Shown here: one piece after another, positions 13,201 to 23,720 of the stretch
How positions within the stretch are numbered: the stretch's first letter is position 1
Layout: each line of letters opens with the position of its first letter
Assembly: GCF_018977255.1 (NCBI RefSeq)
Contig: NW_024704771.1
Coordinates: 3,348,001 to 3,412,000 of the forward strand
Origin: Callorhinchus milii
Taxonomy: Eukaryota
Reading direction: 5' to 3'
Length of the DNA: 64,000 nt
Notes under the pieces: generated by a model
Database searches by the model: none
What the model was told of the DNA's origin: nothing
The model's input: only the letters and a program-made list of their open reading frames with translations
Translations under genes and position numbers: made by a program

Positions 13201-14349
13201 TCTCCATCTCATCACCTCTCTCACACTCCCTCTCTCTCCATCACCTCCTAGTCTCCATCTCCATCACCTCCTCTCTCTCACACTCTCTCCATCACCTCCT
13301 CCCTCTCCCTATCTCACACTCTCTCCATCCCTCACCTGCTCGTCTCCATCTTCATCACCTGCCCCCTCTCTCTTACTGTCTTACACTCTTTCCATCACCT
13401 CCTCCATCTCTCACACTCTCTCCATCACCTCCTCACTCTCCACCTCTCCCAATCTCTCCTTCCATTACTCGCTCGTGTCCTCTCTCCCTCTCTCTCCATT
13501 CATCAGATGCTAATCTCCACTATCTCCTTACACTCTCTCCATCCAACAGCTGCTAATCTCCATCACCTCCTCCCACTCTCCCCTTCTCACAATCTCTCCA
13601 TCCATCAGTTGCTGTTTCCATCTTGATCACCTCCTCCATCTAACCCTCTCTCCCTCTCACACACTCACCTCATAATAAAGAGCTCTCAACCAAACTGAAC
13701 TACATTGCTCTCTCTCTGTCTCTCTCCCTAAGTTTCTCTCTCTCTCACTGCTTCTCTCACACACTCTCTCTTTCTCCCTCTCTCACCTTGACTCAAGTCT
13801 GTATCCATCTTCCTCTCACATCTCAAACCATCTCCAAACTGCCCAAATCTCTATCCATGTCCCTCACACCTCAATCCATCCCCTGGCTGTATCAAATGCA
13901 AGGATAATTATTATTCGGACTATATTCATCTTCCTCTCACACTTCAATCCATGTCCTGACTCCCAAAGTTTCTATCCTCTGTCTCACGCCTCAATCCATA
14001 CCAATTGGGAATGGAGAGAGATTTCGGAGAGTCAGGGATGGATTGAGGTGTAAGAGATGGATAGAGATTTGGATAAGTTAGGAGATGGGTTGAGGTGTGA
14101 AGGAAATAATAAAAGATTTGCGGAGTCGGGATGAATCACATGCAGGAGGAAGGCAAGCGCTCTGAGATGTGCAATTGGTGCGAGCAGCGCTGTGTGTGTG
14201 AGTGCAAGTCACTGTCTCAGTGTGAGTTCCTGATGTGAAAGGCACTATACAAATGTAAGTTGTTGTTGCGTGGGTGTGTGGTGAACACATCAGACAGAGA
14301 GCATCAGTCAGGCTGAGCGAAACTTTATTTATTGCTGGCATTTACAATC

Positions 14350-15375
14350 AGATCCTCCTGCAATTAGTTCCTCCTATGATAAGCTCCGCTTGTTATTGGT
14401 TCTTATCCTATAATTAGTTCTTATCCTATAAATTAGTTCTTATCCTACAACTGGAATGCACTGCCTCAAAAGAGTGATGGAAGTTGCTTTGAAAAGGGAA
14501 TTTGATATGTACTTTGCCCGGACGTTGCGCCATTGTCAAGCGTTCTGGGAAGATACCCTGCATGAGGTTCACTACATAAATGCAAGTTGTTGTTGTTGAA
14601 AAGGAAAAAAAATTGTAGGGCTACTGAGTAAGAGCGGGGGAGTGGGACCAGTTGGTAGCTCTTTCAAAGAGCTGGCAGAGGCACGATGGGCCATATGGCC
14701 TCCTCTGTGCTCTATGATTCTATGCCTCTAGTTCCTCCTCCAACAATTAATTCCCCCGACATTGAGTTCCTCCTACAGTTCCTGCCTTATAAATCGTCTT
14801 GATCCTATGATTAGTTCCTTCTGCGATTAGTTCTTATCCTACCACCAGTCCCTCCTACAATTAGTTCCTGCCCCATGATTAGATCCTGCTATGATTAGTT
14901 CCTCCTACCATTCTCTCTTCCCATACGATAACTTCCTCCCCCAGTAAATTCATCCCCCCCCCCACCTGCAGAATTCGTTCCTCCAATTATTCCGCTCCAC
15001 CCTCTGCATTTAATTCATCCCCAACAAGAAGTTCCTCCTACAATTAGATCCTCCCCACAATTAATTTGTCCAATGATTTGATCCTCCCTCACAATTAATT
15101 CCTCCCATTAGATAACTTCCTCCCCACAATTAATTCAGCCCCCACTCCTCCCATAAATAGATTATCCCTACAATTAGTTCCTCCCAATTTAATAATTAAT
15201 TAACTCCCACAATTCATCCCTAATTGATTCCCACTAGTTCCTCCTTGCAATTGGTTCCTCTCCTATAATGAATTCCTCCTACAATTAGTTCCTCCCATAA
15301 TTAGCTCCTCCCTACAATTATTTTATTCTGCGCAAACTGTTCCCCCCGCCCCCAAGAATGAATTCCCGCCAACTA
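14350..15375. repeat. Degenerate about 20-bp minisatellite (caattagttcctcctac-like), interrupted by a CR1 3' tail near 14450-14725
   Basis: Dozens of variants of attagttcct/aattaattc; the CR1 tail ends ctatgattctatg. Confidence 0.7.
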
Positions 15376-15638
15376 ATTGTTTTGTCCTCTTCGGTTAACT
15401 CTCTTATTCATACTTTTACGTTGTTCCCTACGACTCCCACCTCCAAATATACACCCACGGTCCCCTCTTCCACCTCTAAATAAACTCCCACGGCCCCCTC
15501 TTCCACCTCTAAATATACCCCCATGGCCCCCTTTCTTACGACCCACTTTACTGTGATGTCTGGTCCAGCGACCTCTTACCCTCATGACGATGTCTTCTCC
15601 CTGATCCCTCATTTTACACATAAGTCTCCTAAGATGCT

Positions 15639-17640
15639 TCATTTCTTGACCACAACTGGAAAGTCCGGATTTTGCGGGGGGGATGGCTAGTGCCTGAGAA
15701 ATTTCTTGTAGCGGGGGAGTGCTTACAGAGTCCGCAACTTGCAGGCAGTACTCTGGAGCCTGGCACTGCTAGCACTGCCCCCCCACCCCCCCCCCCCCCC
15801 CCCCCCCCCCCGCCCCCCCAGAGAGCACATCTTGACCAGGATGGAGCCAGGGGGCTCGGAGAGCTTCTGCATGGCCGGGCTGAGGTCAGGGGGATGGCAG
15901 GAAGGGGGAAGCTGTGCAAAGCCAAACACGAGGTACTTGTGGATGTTCTTGTCAGATCCCCAGTTGCTGAAGGGTTCAGCGAGGAACTTGTCAGCTGCGA
16001 CTGGCTCCTGTCCCAGTGTCTGGCATGCAGCCACGCAGCGTGGGCTGGAACTATACACCACAACACAGCCCCCACCACCAACGCTGTCCCCAAACAGCTG
16101 AGCCCCTGTGATCTGGTCAACCAGAGTCCTGTGGCTCAGTGGTTAGAGCACTCGCTTTGCAAGCGAGAGACCTGAGTTCAATTCCAGGCAGAGGGCCAAA
16201 CCTCGAGCAAGTTTCCTTACTCCACACAGAGCCTAATAATAATCCCTCCAAAACCAAAAACAATAATAAATTGGTCATTTTCAATCCATGACTGTTTGTG
16301 GGACATTGCTGTGCGCAATTGGCCGCCGCGTTTCGCCCACAAATATACAGTCAATTCACTTTACAGTGTGTTCTGTGAAGCGCTTTGGGACGTCCTCCCG
16401 ACGTGAAATGGGCTATATCAAATGCAAGGATTATTATTATTATTATTATTATAACCAGGACGTTAAAGATTTTAGACTCTGCACAACTCTGGCCAGCGTC
16501 CATATGGACCATCAGGTGGTTCAGAGGTCTGTGCTCTGCCGCTGTTCACTGCTGCTGAGCTGGGTCGAGGAGAGAGGGCGAGGGCTGCTCTGTGCCCTTC
16601 CACATATCTGTCTCTGGGCTGGCGCATTGCTCTGGGGTCAGGGCTACCAGCCCCACGATCTGCCCTTCACCCCCACTGGAGGCTTGGAGAAAGCTGCGGG
16701 GTGGGGGGCACAACGGAGAGAGGGAGGGGGGCTCAGGAAGGTGACGTAATGGGGGTAAGAGAGAGAGGGAGAGCAGTAGAGTGAGCGATACAAAGCGAAA
16801 GTGAAATAGGGGGATCAGAAGGGTGATGTAACGGGGGTGAGAGAGGGAGAGATACAGAGAGTGTGAGAGAGAGAATCAGATACACAGAGATACTGAGAGG
16901 CAGAAACGCATCACAACGCTAAAGAGCCTCCAAACCCAACTGAGAATTCCATGCATCCCACCTACACATGGAAATCCCAGAGATGGACTGAGAGTGAGAG
17001 AGACTGAGAAGGAGGAAACAGCAGGAGAGAAAGTGACAAAGAGAGAGAGAGACTGCGAGATTGTGAGATAGAAAGTGAGATACAGTCAACTCTGAATAAT
17101 TGGCCTCCGGCTTAACTTGTCAAGTTACCAATATCACAGCCATTTCCCATCAAAATGTTAATAAAGGACTTTCACCCACAAAATACATAGTCACTACACT
17201 TTACAGTATATTCTGTGACTGAGAGAAAGGGACAGTGGGAAAGAGAGATGGACATCCAAAGAGAGAGAGAGAGAGGGAGAGAGAGAATAAGGCACACAGA
17301 GAAGGAGAGAAAGACTCAGAGAGTCAGACAGAGATACTTAGATATTCCAAAAGACAGAGAGACCAAAGGAGAGAGAGAGAGAGAGAGAGAGATACTGAAA
17401 CAGCCAGAGAGGAGGAGAGGGAGTGAAAGAGAGAGAGAGTGATACTGACAGAGAAAGAGAAACTGACAGAGAAAGACAAACGGAGAGATGGAGAGAGTGA
17501 GAGAGCCCACACGTTGGTCCAGGAATAATCTTCACTTACTTGTGTATAACCTTCTCCAGAACATTGTTGTCGATTTGCGTTGCGTGTGAGGTCACAGCGA
17601 GGATCAAAGCAACCAGGAGACAGGAAACTCTGTCCATCAT
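15639..17640 (-). pseudogene. SNAD1-like secreted AID/APOBEC-type deaminase gene, disrupted
   Basis: Exon 1 17640-17540 encodes a signal peptide, MMDRVSCLLVALILAVTSHA-TQIDNNVLEKVIH (phase 2, GTAAGT). Exon 2 starts at 16693: NFLQ..QIVGLVALTPEQC..[TGA]..SCAESKIF..[SINE]..GCVVVYSSSPRCVAAC..PFSNW..KYLVF..VKMC..[polyG]..C[TAG]QC....CL. The motif order matches the SNAD1 family as I recall it. Confidence 0.72.
16125..16452 (+). mobile_element. Young tRNA(Ala-like)-headed Deu-domain SINE with a 6-bp target-site duplication
   Basis: Flanked by aaccag at 16119-16124 and 16453-16458; near-identical copies start at 57095, 59051 and 63670; the 3' end is shared with the L2 tail (gggacgtcctcccgacgtgaaa). 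Confidence 0.92.
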
Positions 17641-17664
17641 GTCCCCCTTCGCTGTGAGAGACAC

Positions 17665-18030
17665 AACAACAACAACAACTTCCATTGATACATCGCCCCT
17701 CACGCGGGGTAGCGACACGGAGTGCTTGCCAGTGGCGGAGTCTGACCCCGAGGCAGGGGGAGAGGGATGGGGGAGGTCACCGTCTAAAAGGAAGGTCTTC
17801 AGGCGGGATTTGAAGGGAAGGGTCAAGGCGAAGGGATTGAGGGAGAGAGTTCCAGAGTTTTGGGGCGTAGTGGCCACCAATGGTGGAGCGGGGTTGGGGG
17901 GGTGGGGGGGGCACAAGGGACAAGCAGGAGGCCTGAGCCGGCCGAGTGGAGGCAGCAGGTGGTGGAGGGGTTGGTTGAGAGGGTAAGCAGGTCGGAGGTG
18001 CAAGGGGATGAAGGGCTTGGAAAACAAGTG
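17665..18030 (-). mobile_element. L2 LINE 3' fragment
   Basis: Encodes TIGGH.APKLWNSLPQSLRL; (aac)n tail near 17665-17680. Confidence 0.75.
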
Positions 18031-18369
18031 AGAAACGGAGACACAGTGACGACATTCCCTCCGCACCACTTAACACTGTCGGTGTCTCAGTCTCTCAAAG
18101 CGCTTCAGTGAATCGACCGTATATTTTGTTGGCAAAACGCGCAGCAGCCCATAGCGCGCAGCAGCGTCCCACACAAACAGCCGAGGATTGAAGCGACTAT
18201 TCTTATTTTTTTGGGAATAAATTGTTACCCCTGGAGCTCAGAGTCCAGGCTGGGATATTGCACAATCTGACGGTTGCTCACAATCCCAACTCCAATGGTC
18301 AATCAGAAGTGAACTGTGTAAACCCTGTGACTGACAGCAGTTTGGACCAGGAGAGAAGTGAAGGCGAGA

Positions 18370-18776
18370 ATGGTGTCCGCACACTCCAGTCTGACAGAGG
18401 ATTTAACCTGTCCTATTTGTCCAGATCTCTTCGCTGATCCCGTTATCCTGGAATGCGGCCACAACTTCTGCCACTCCTGCGTCGCACGGAGCTGGGAATC
18501 GCAGGAGGCAAACTCCTGTCCGGAACGCCGGCAAGTCGTTCCTGAAAGTAAACCCGAAGGTTCGTCCGGCCCTGGCGAGTCTGGCAGAGAAAGCTCGGCG
18601 TCTTAAGCCGGACTCCGTCCGAGGCGGAGAGCAAACTTTACTGTGAAAAACGCCGGGAGGAAATTAAGCCGTTTTGTGAAACAGACAAGAAATTGACATG
18701 TTTGATTTGCGGAGGTTCGCGGCAACGCAGAAATCACAGCTTCCTGTCGCTAGCGAACGCATTTAAATTCTACAAG
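18370..18776 (+). pseudogene. Orphan TRIM exon 1 pseudogene (RING + B-box)
   Basis: [34 protein letters not shown]; last RING Cys changed to Arg (CPERR), frameshift, B-box His changed to Arg; donor TACAAG|GT at 18776; no downstream exons found. Confidence 0.85.
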
Positions 18777-19719
18777 GTTAAAAACAAACCCTGACGCCAA
18801 GATTAATCTGCTGCCACTTTAACCATAAATCATAAGGGATCCATTGTTAAGTGTGTTTTGTTTCCTCATTTTATCAATAAGAGGAAAGCTGCGGTGATTT
18901 TATCGTAATTCCTCGTGCATCGAGATGCGGCTGAACAAATCAGACCAGACAGTTGTTATAATAATTGTCTCTCCAGTTGATACAGCGCTTTTCACGTCCT
19001 CTGGACAACTCAAAGCGCTTCACAGAATAGACTGTAAGGTGAATTGACTGTATATTTGTGAGGAATAAGTGGAGTCCTGGCAGTGAACTCGTAATAGTGA
19101 CAGTGCACAATTGAAACGAAATGATTTTCATGCACAGCCGTCAGTTCTATCTCTGCTGTACGAACAGCAACTTGCATTTATATAGCGCCTTATAGCGCGG
19201 TAGTGTCCCGCAGCCCTTAAATTTATTTCTTATCAAAAGATTGAATGTTGCTTTGTCTTAATAATAGTTTGAGTCAGTCAAACCCCCACGAGGCTCCTTG
19301 AGGGGTTACATAAGTGCATGGCGTTGGGGAGTGGAGCAAATAGGAAGTTGAATGAGTCATATCAGGGCTGACGCAAGATCGCTGCAATTGGGTCGGGCGA
19401 GTGGCGTGAGGGGTGTAAGGTTATTTTTACAACTTGCAGACACTTTGCCAAAGAGTTTCCAACATAAAGTCTGAGCGAAACTTGCTGCAGAATCTCATCG
19501 GTATTTCCAGTGAGATTCCACCACACTAAGTTGAGAGAAAAGTTCACGGCTGAGGAATGGCTGATCCCAACTGCTTTCTTAACTTAGCTTTATTCTGTGG
19601 GCTTTGCCTTCTGCGAGGTAAGTCACATTAAATCCATCGATAAGTCCCGACCGCGTGTTTTATTTCCTCATATACATAATTTTAACAACGAGGGGAGACT
19701 GCAGCGATTTTATCGGGAG

Positions 19720-19880
19720 GATGTCACAGTGGGTGGGGAGGATGTCGCAGTGTGTGGGGTGGGGGATGTCACAGTGGGTGGGTGGGGGGATGTCACAGTG
19801 GGTGGGGGGGATGTCAGTGTGTGGGGGGGGGGGATGTCACAGTGGGGAATGTCCCAGTGGTGGGTGGATGTCACAGTGAC
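19720..19880. repeat. About 21-bp G-rich tandem repeat (ggggatgtcacagtgggt)
   Basis: About 7 degenerate units directly visible. Confidence 0.8.
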
Positions 19881-20344
19881 AAAGGGTAGGAGAGTGACCG
19901 AAGACATGGTCGAAGAGGAGGATCTTGAGATGTGCCTTGAACGAGGAAGAGAAGGGGCGATGGGAAGAGACTGTGAGATGGAGTTCCAAAGTTTGGGGGC
20001 AGAGGGTGAAGGCCTGACCATTGATGGTGGGGTGGGCCATGGGGGGGAGGGGGGGGGGGGCATGGAGCAGCCCATTGAGCAGAGGGAGCGGACAGGTCTA
20101 CATGGGATTAACAGATCACAGTGATGGGAAGGAGCAAGGATGGTGGAGGGCTTTGAAGGCGAGGAGCAGGATTTTGAACTCCATCCTCTGAGGGATGGGG
20201 AGTCAGTGGCAAAGATGGAGTCACAGAGCCTAGTGTAAGGAGAGGACATGAGCTGCAGAGTTCTGGATGATCTGCAGCTTGTGGAGAGAAGAGTTGGGAA
20301 GGCCGACAAGCAGGGAGTTGGCGTGTTATACTCATTCATGATGC

Positions 20345-20795
20345 ACTCATGTGTCAGCCTGGCTCAGTTGGTCACACTCGCAACTCCAAGTCAGAAGGTT
20401 GTGGGGAAAAAGCCCCACGTCAGGACTTGGAATCACACAGTCTAAGCTGACACTCCAATGCCCGCTGGGGGTATGTTGTTTATTGTTGGAGTCGCCATCT
20501 TTTGACTGAGCTGTAAAAACTGAGATCCCGACTGCCTTTTCAGAGAGACGGTAAAGGTTCCATGGCCCTATTCGAAAGAGAAGGGAGTTTCTCTCTCCCG
20601 GTGTTCTGGCCAACAATCCCCCCGAATAAAATTGGTCCCTCACTCCATGGCTGTTTGTGGCACATTGCTATGCGCAAACTGGCCGCCGCGTTTCACCCAT
20701 AAGATAAAAGCCTTGCAGTATATCCTGCGAAGCACTTTGAGATGTCTCAATGAGGTGATCAGGTGCAACACCAAACCCACAAGGATTATTATTTT
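20345..20795 (+). mobile_element. Older long-form Deu-domain SINE
   Basis: tRNA-like head ctggctcagttgg, extended core (gccatctttt..ccatggccctattcgaa..ctggccaaca), ctgtttgtggcacattgctatgcgcaaactggccgcc, caaggattatt tail. Confidence 0.65.
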
Positions 20796-23286
20796 GTGAC
20801 ACACTTTCAACCTCTATGCCTCGAAACTCTGGAACAGTCTCCCTCAATCCCTCTGCCTTTCCCATCTTCAGGTTGCACCCGAAGACCTTCCTCTTTGACC
20901 GTTCCTACAGTCGCTGCCCCACCCCACCAGGTTGGCGTCATGTTCCGCCACTGCCAAGCATTCCTGCGTGAGTAAGTGCTGTGTAAGTGCAAGTTGTAAT
21001 GGAGGTTATTGTCTGTTTCCAGTGTTTGCACAGGAAGAAGTCGACACGCACCCGGTGCAGGATGTGTTTGTTGCAGAGGGGAATGATGTGCAGTTCCCTG
21101 CTCTGGGACCCTTGGACGGGCCCGAAGTGAACGTGGTGCTGTGCGATGTGCACCATGGAGCTACAAACACCATGTTGTTAAATTACTACCGAGGGAGTCC
21201 AGTGGAGCTGACCTCAAGGTTTGTGAATCGCTCTGGGCTCTCCTGGCGGACGGAGTCTTTCGCCTACACGAGGTCCGCCTCAGTGACCAAGCCATCTACA
21301 GTTTTCGAATCAACCTGGGAGCAAGGAAGTTCTACAGGCTGCACGTGCTCAGTAAGTCGCCGTGTGTCCTTCAGCAAGACTCTGACGCCAGTCGTCGTTC
21401 ATCACCGTTGCCTGTTTGCGGAATTCCCAACCGATACCCTGAATGCTTAACCCTCTCCTCCAGCCGTTTGTAGACTCCTGTAGTGTAGTGGTTAGAGCAC
21501 TCGCCTCACAGAAGTGTAGTGATTAGAGCGCTCGCCCCCCCCCCCCCCCACCCCCGGGTGGGGGCAAAGCCCGAGGCAAGTTTCCTTACTCTCCACGCTA
21601 CTGTTTACCTAGCAGGAAGTAGGAGCCCGGTTGTTAGTCGTTTGGCAGATTGCTTTTCTGGGGGTAATAATCCCTTCAAAAAACGTATAATATTTTGTCA
21701 GTCTACCACTGTTGGTGGGACACCGCTGTGCACAATTGGAGGCCGCGTTTCGCCCACAAACTACTCAATCGCCACACTTTACCGTATATTCTGTGAAGCT
21801 CTTTGAGACATCTGAACAATCTGAATTATTATTATTATTATTACTGGCTAAAACCCTGTCTTGGGGTGGGGCTGCACTATGAGGGGCGGGGCTGTGTGGG
21901 GAGATGGGGCGGGGCTGTGTAGGTAGGGAGGTGGGGCGGCAGGGCTGTGACTTAGAAGAACTTTTCCTTCTCCTTCCCACCAGCTCCAGTCTCTGCACCC
22001 AACATACAGAGAAACGCCTCAGTCTTTCTGCCGGACGTGCAGTTGGTTTGTGCTGCCTCAGGGTCTAACCTGACACGCAGGTGGATGAAGGAAGCTTTGC
22101 CGCTGCCCCCTGATTGCCACTTATCCAGCGACAACACCACCCTGCTCATCAGGAATGCCACTGCGACTCACAACGGGAACTTTTCCTGCTCCGTGGAAAA
22201 CCGTGTCAGCTCCCGGCAAACCCATTTCAACCTGATCATTGGTGGTGAGTTCAGGCCATTGGCGGTGAAAGGTGACTCAAAAAAAGAACCAGCGGGGCGT
22301 TGAGGAGACAATTTTTTTCCCCAGAGAGTTATTACCCTCTGGAATGCTTATTGCCTTTCAAAGGGGAATTGGATACGCAGTTGAAAAGGAAAATTTGGCA
22401 GAGCTATACGGCAATAGAGAGAGGAATAGTCTGTTCAATCCATGACTGTTTATGGGACCCTCTCGGCATTTCGCCCACAAAATTCACAGTCAATTCACTT
22501 TACAGTATAATCGGTGAAGCGCTTTGAGAAGTCTCGAATACACGATAAGGCGCTATATCAAATACAATATCATTATTATGTGTCCTGCGAGTTCTCGGTG
22601 CGGTTGGTGACTGGTGACCTGTGTTGTAGATGGGGGTCAGAACTTTGTACACACATGGATTTACATTGTCACCTCTCTCCTGGTTTGGCTGTGTTCTTAG
22701 CTGTGCTGCTGTCTGGAAACTAGGTAAGTAATACATAATCCATTTTTATTTATTAATGTATCTGCAAAATGTATTTTCTCTCTCTTTAATACTCTCCCCC
22801 TCTCCCCTTCCTCCTCTCTTTCCTTGTGTGTGTGTGTGTGTCTCTCGTTCTCTCTCTTTCTTTCGCTTGAGTTCTCTCTTTGCTCTTCTCTCTATGATTT
22901 CATCTCCCTTAACTCCTCCATCCTCTTCCCTATCACTCAACTCTCTTCGATTGCCTAGAAACAAAAAACTACCCCCACTCCTCTCGCCATCACCCTAGAG
23001 ACATCTGAACTCATGACCCTCTGGTCTTCCTCCTGTAACGACCTTATCTCCTCAGTCACTCTTCTCCACAACTCCCTCTCTGTCATCCTTGACACTGTTG
23101 CCCACATCACCTCCCATCAACGCCTCCTACTCTTGCATGTCCCCCCCTAATACACCAGTCACCTCCACTCCCTCAAGTCTCAGGTGTGTGTCACTAAACA
23201 CACCTGGCACAAATCCTACCTAATAGATTAATTGCCAGAACTCGCTGGACCAATTCATAACCAACCACGATGCTCTTACTTCACAT

Positions 23287-23720
23287 ACAACAACAACAAG
23301 ATTCCATTTATTAAGCGCCTTTCACGTCGGGAGGACGTCCCAAGGCGCTGTACAGTTGGGTCAGGACCGGAGCAGGGGGAAAATGGTCAGGATGAGGGGA
23401 GGGAAGGGAGGGAGCGAGAGAGGAGGGGGTAGAGAGTCGAGAGGGGAGCTGAAGGCACGGACAAATAGAAAGGTCTTGAGACCGGCCTTGAAGGAGGAAA
23501 GGGAGGAAGCAAGGCGAAGGCACTGGGGGATAGAGTTCCAGAGCCTCGGGGCTGAGGGCTGAAGGCCACCGATGGTAGGGCGGTTGGGGCGGGGGATGTG
23601 GAGTAGACCGGAGCCAGAGGAACGGAGGGTACGGGCAGGTAGGTAGGGGGATAGTAGGTCGGAGAGGTAGGAGGGAGCGAGGCCGTGAATGGCCTTGTAG
23701 GTGAGGTGAGGATCTTGAAT
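23287..23720 (-). mobile_element. Young L2 3' end nested in an older plus-strand L2 fragment (about 23000-24680)
   Basis: (aac)n tail at 23287-23300; near identity to the copies at 32492, 33380, 52897 and 60978. Confidence 0.85.

Noticed and set aside
15672-16175. Plus-strand 167-aa poly-proline ORF
   Set aside because: Antisense shadow of the deaminase-like exon plus a poly-C run.
16125-16200. tRNA-Ala(TGC)-like gene (also at 48858, 57095, 59051, 63670)
   Set aside because: These are SINE heads continuing into a Deu-like core and an L2-type tail, without a proper acceptor stem.
16546-16548. In-frame TGA in the deaminase-like gene as selenocysteine or readthrough
   Set aside because: The same exon also has a SINE insertion, a poly-G run and a TAG; decay, for example CGA to TGA, is the simpler explanation.
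22656-22723. Separate signal-peptide exon (MDLHCHLSPGLAVFLAVLLSGN) of another gene
   Set aside because: It ends in a stop and overlaps the TM exon of the Ig receptor, whose acceptor and phase fit better.
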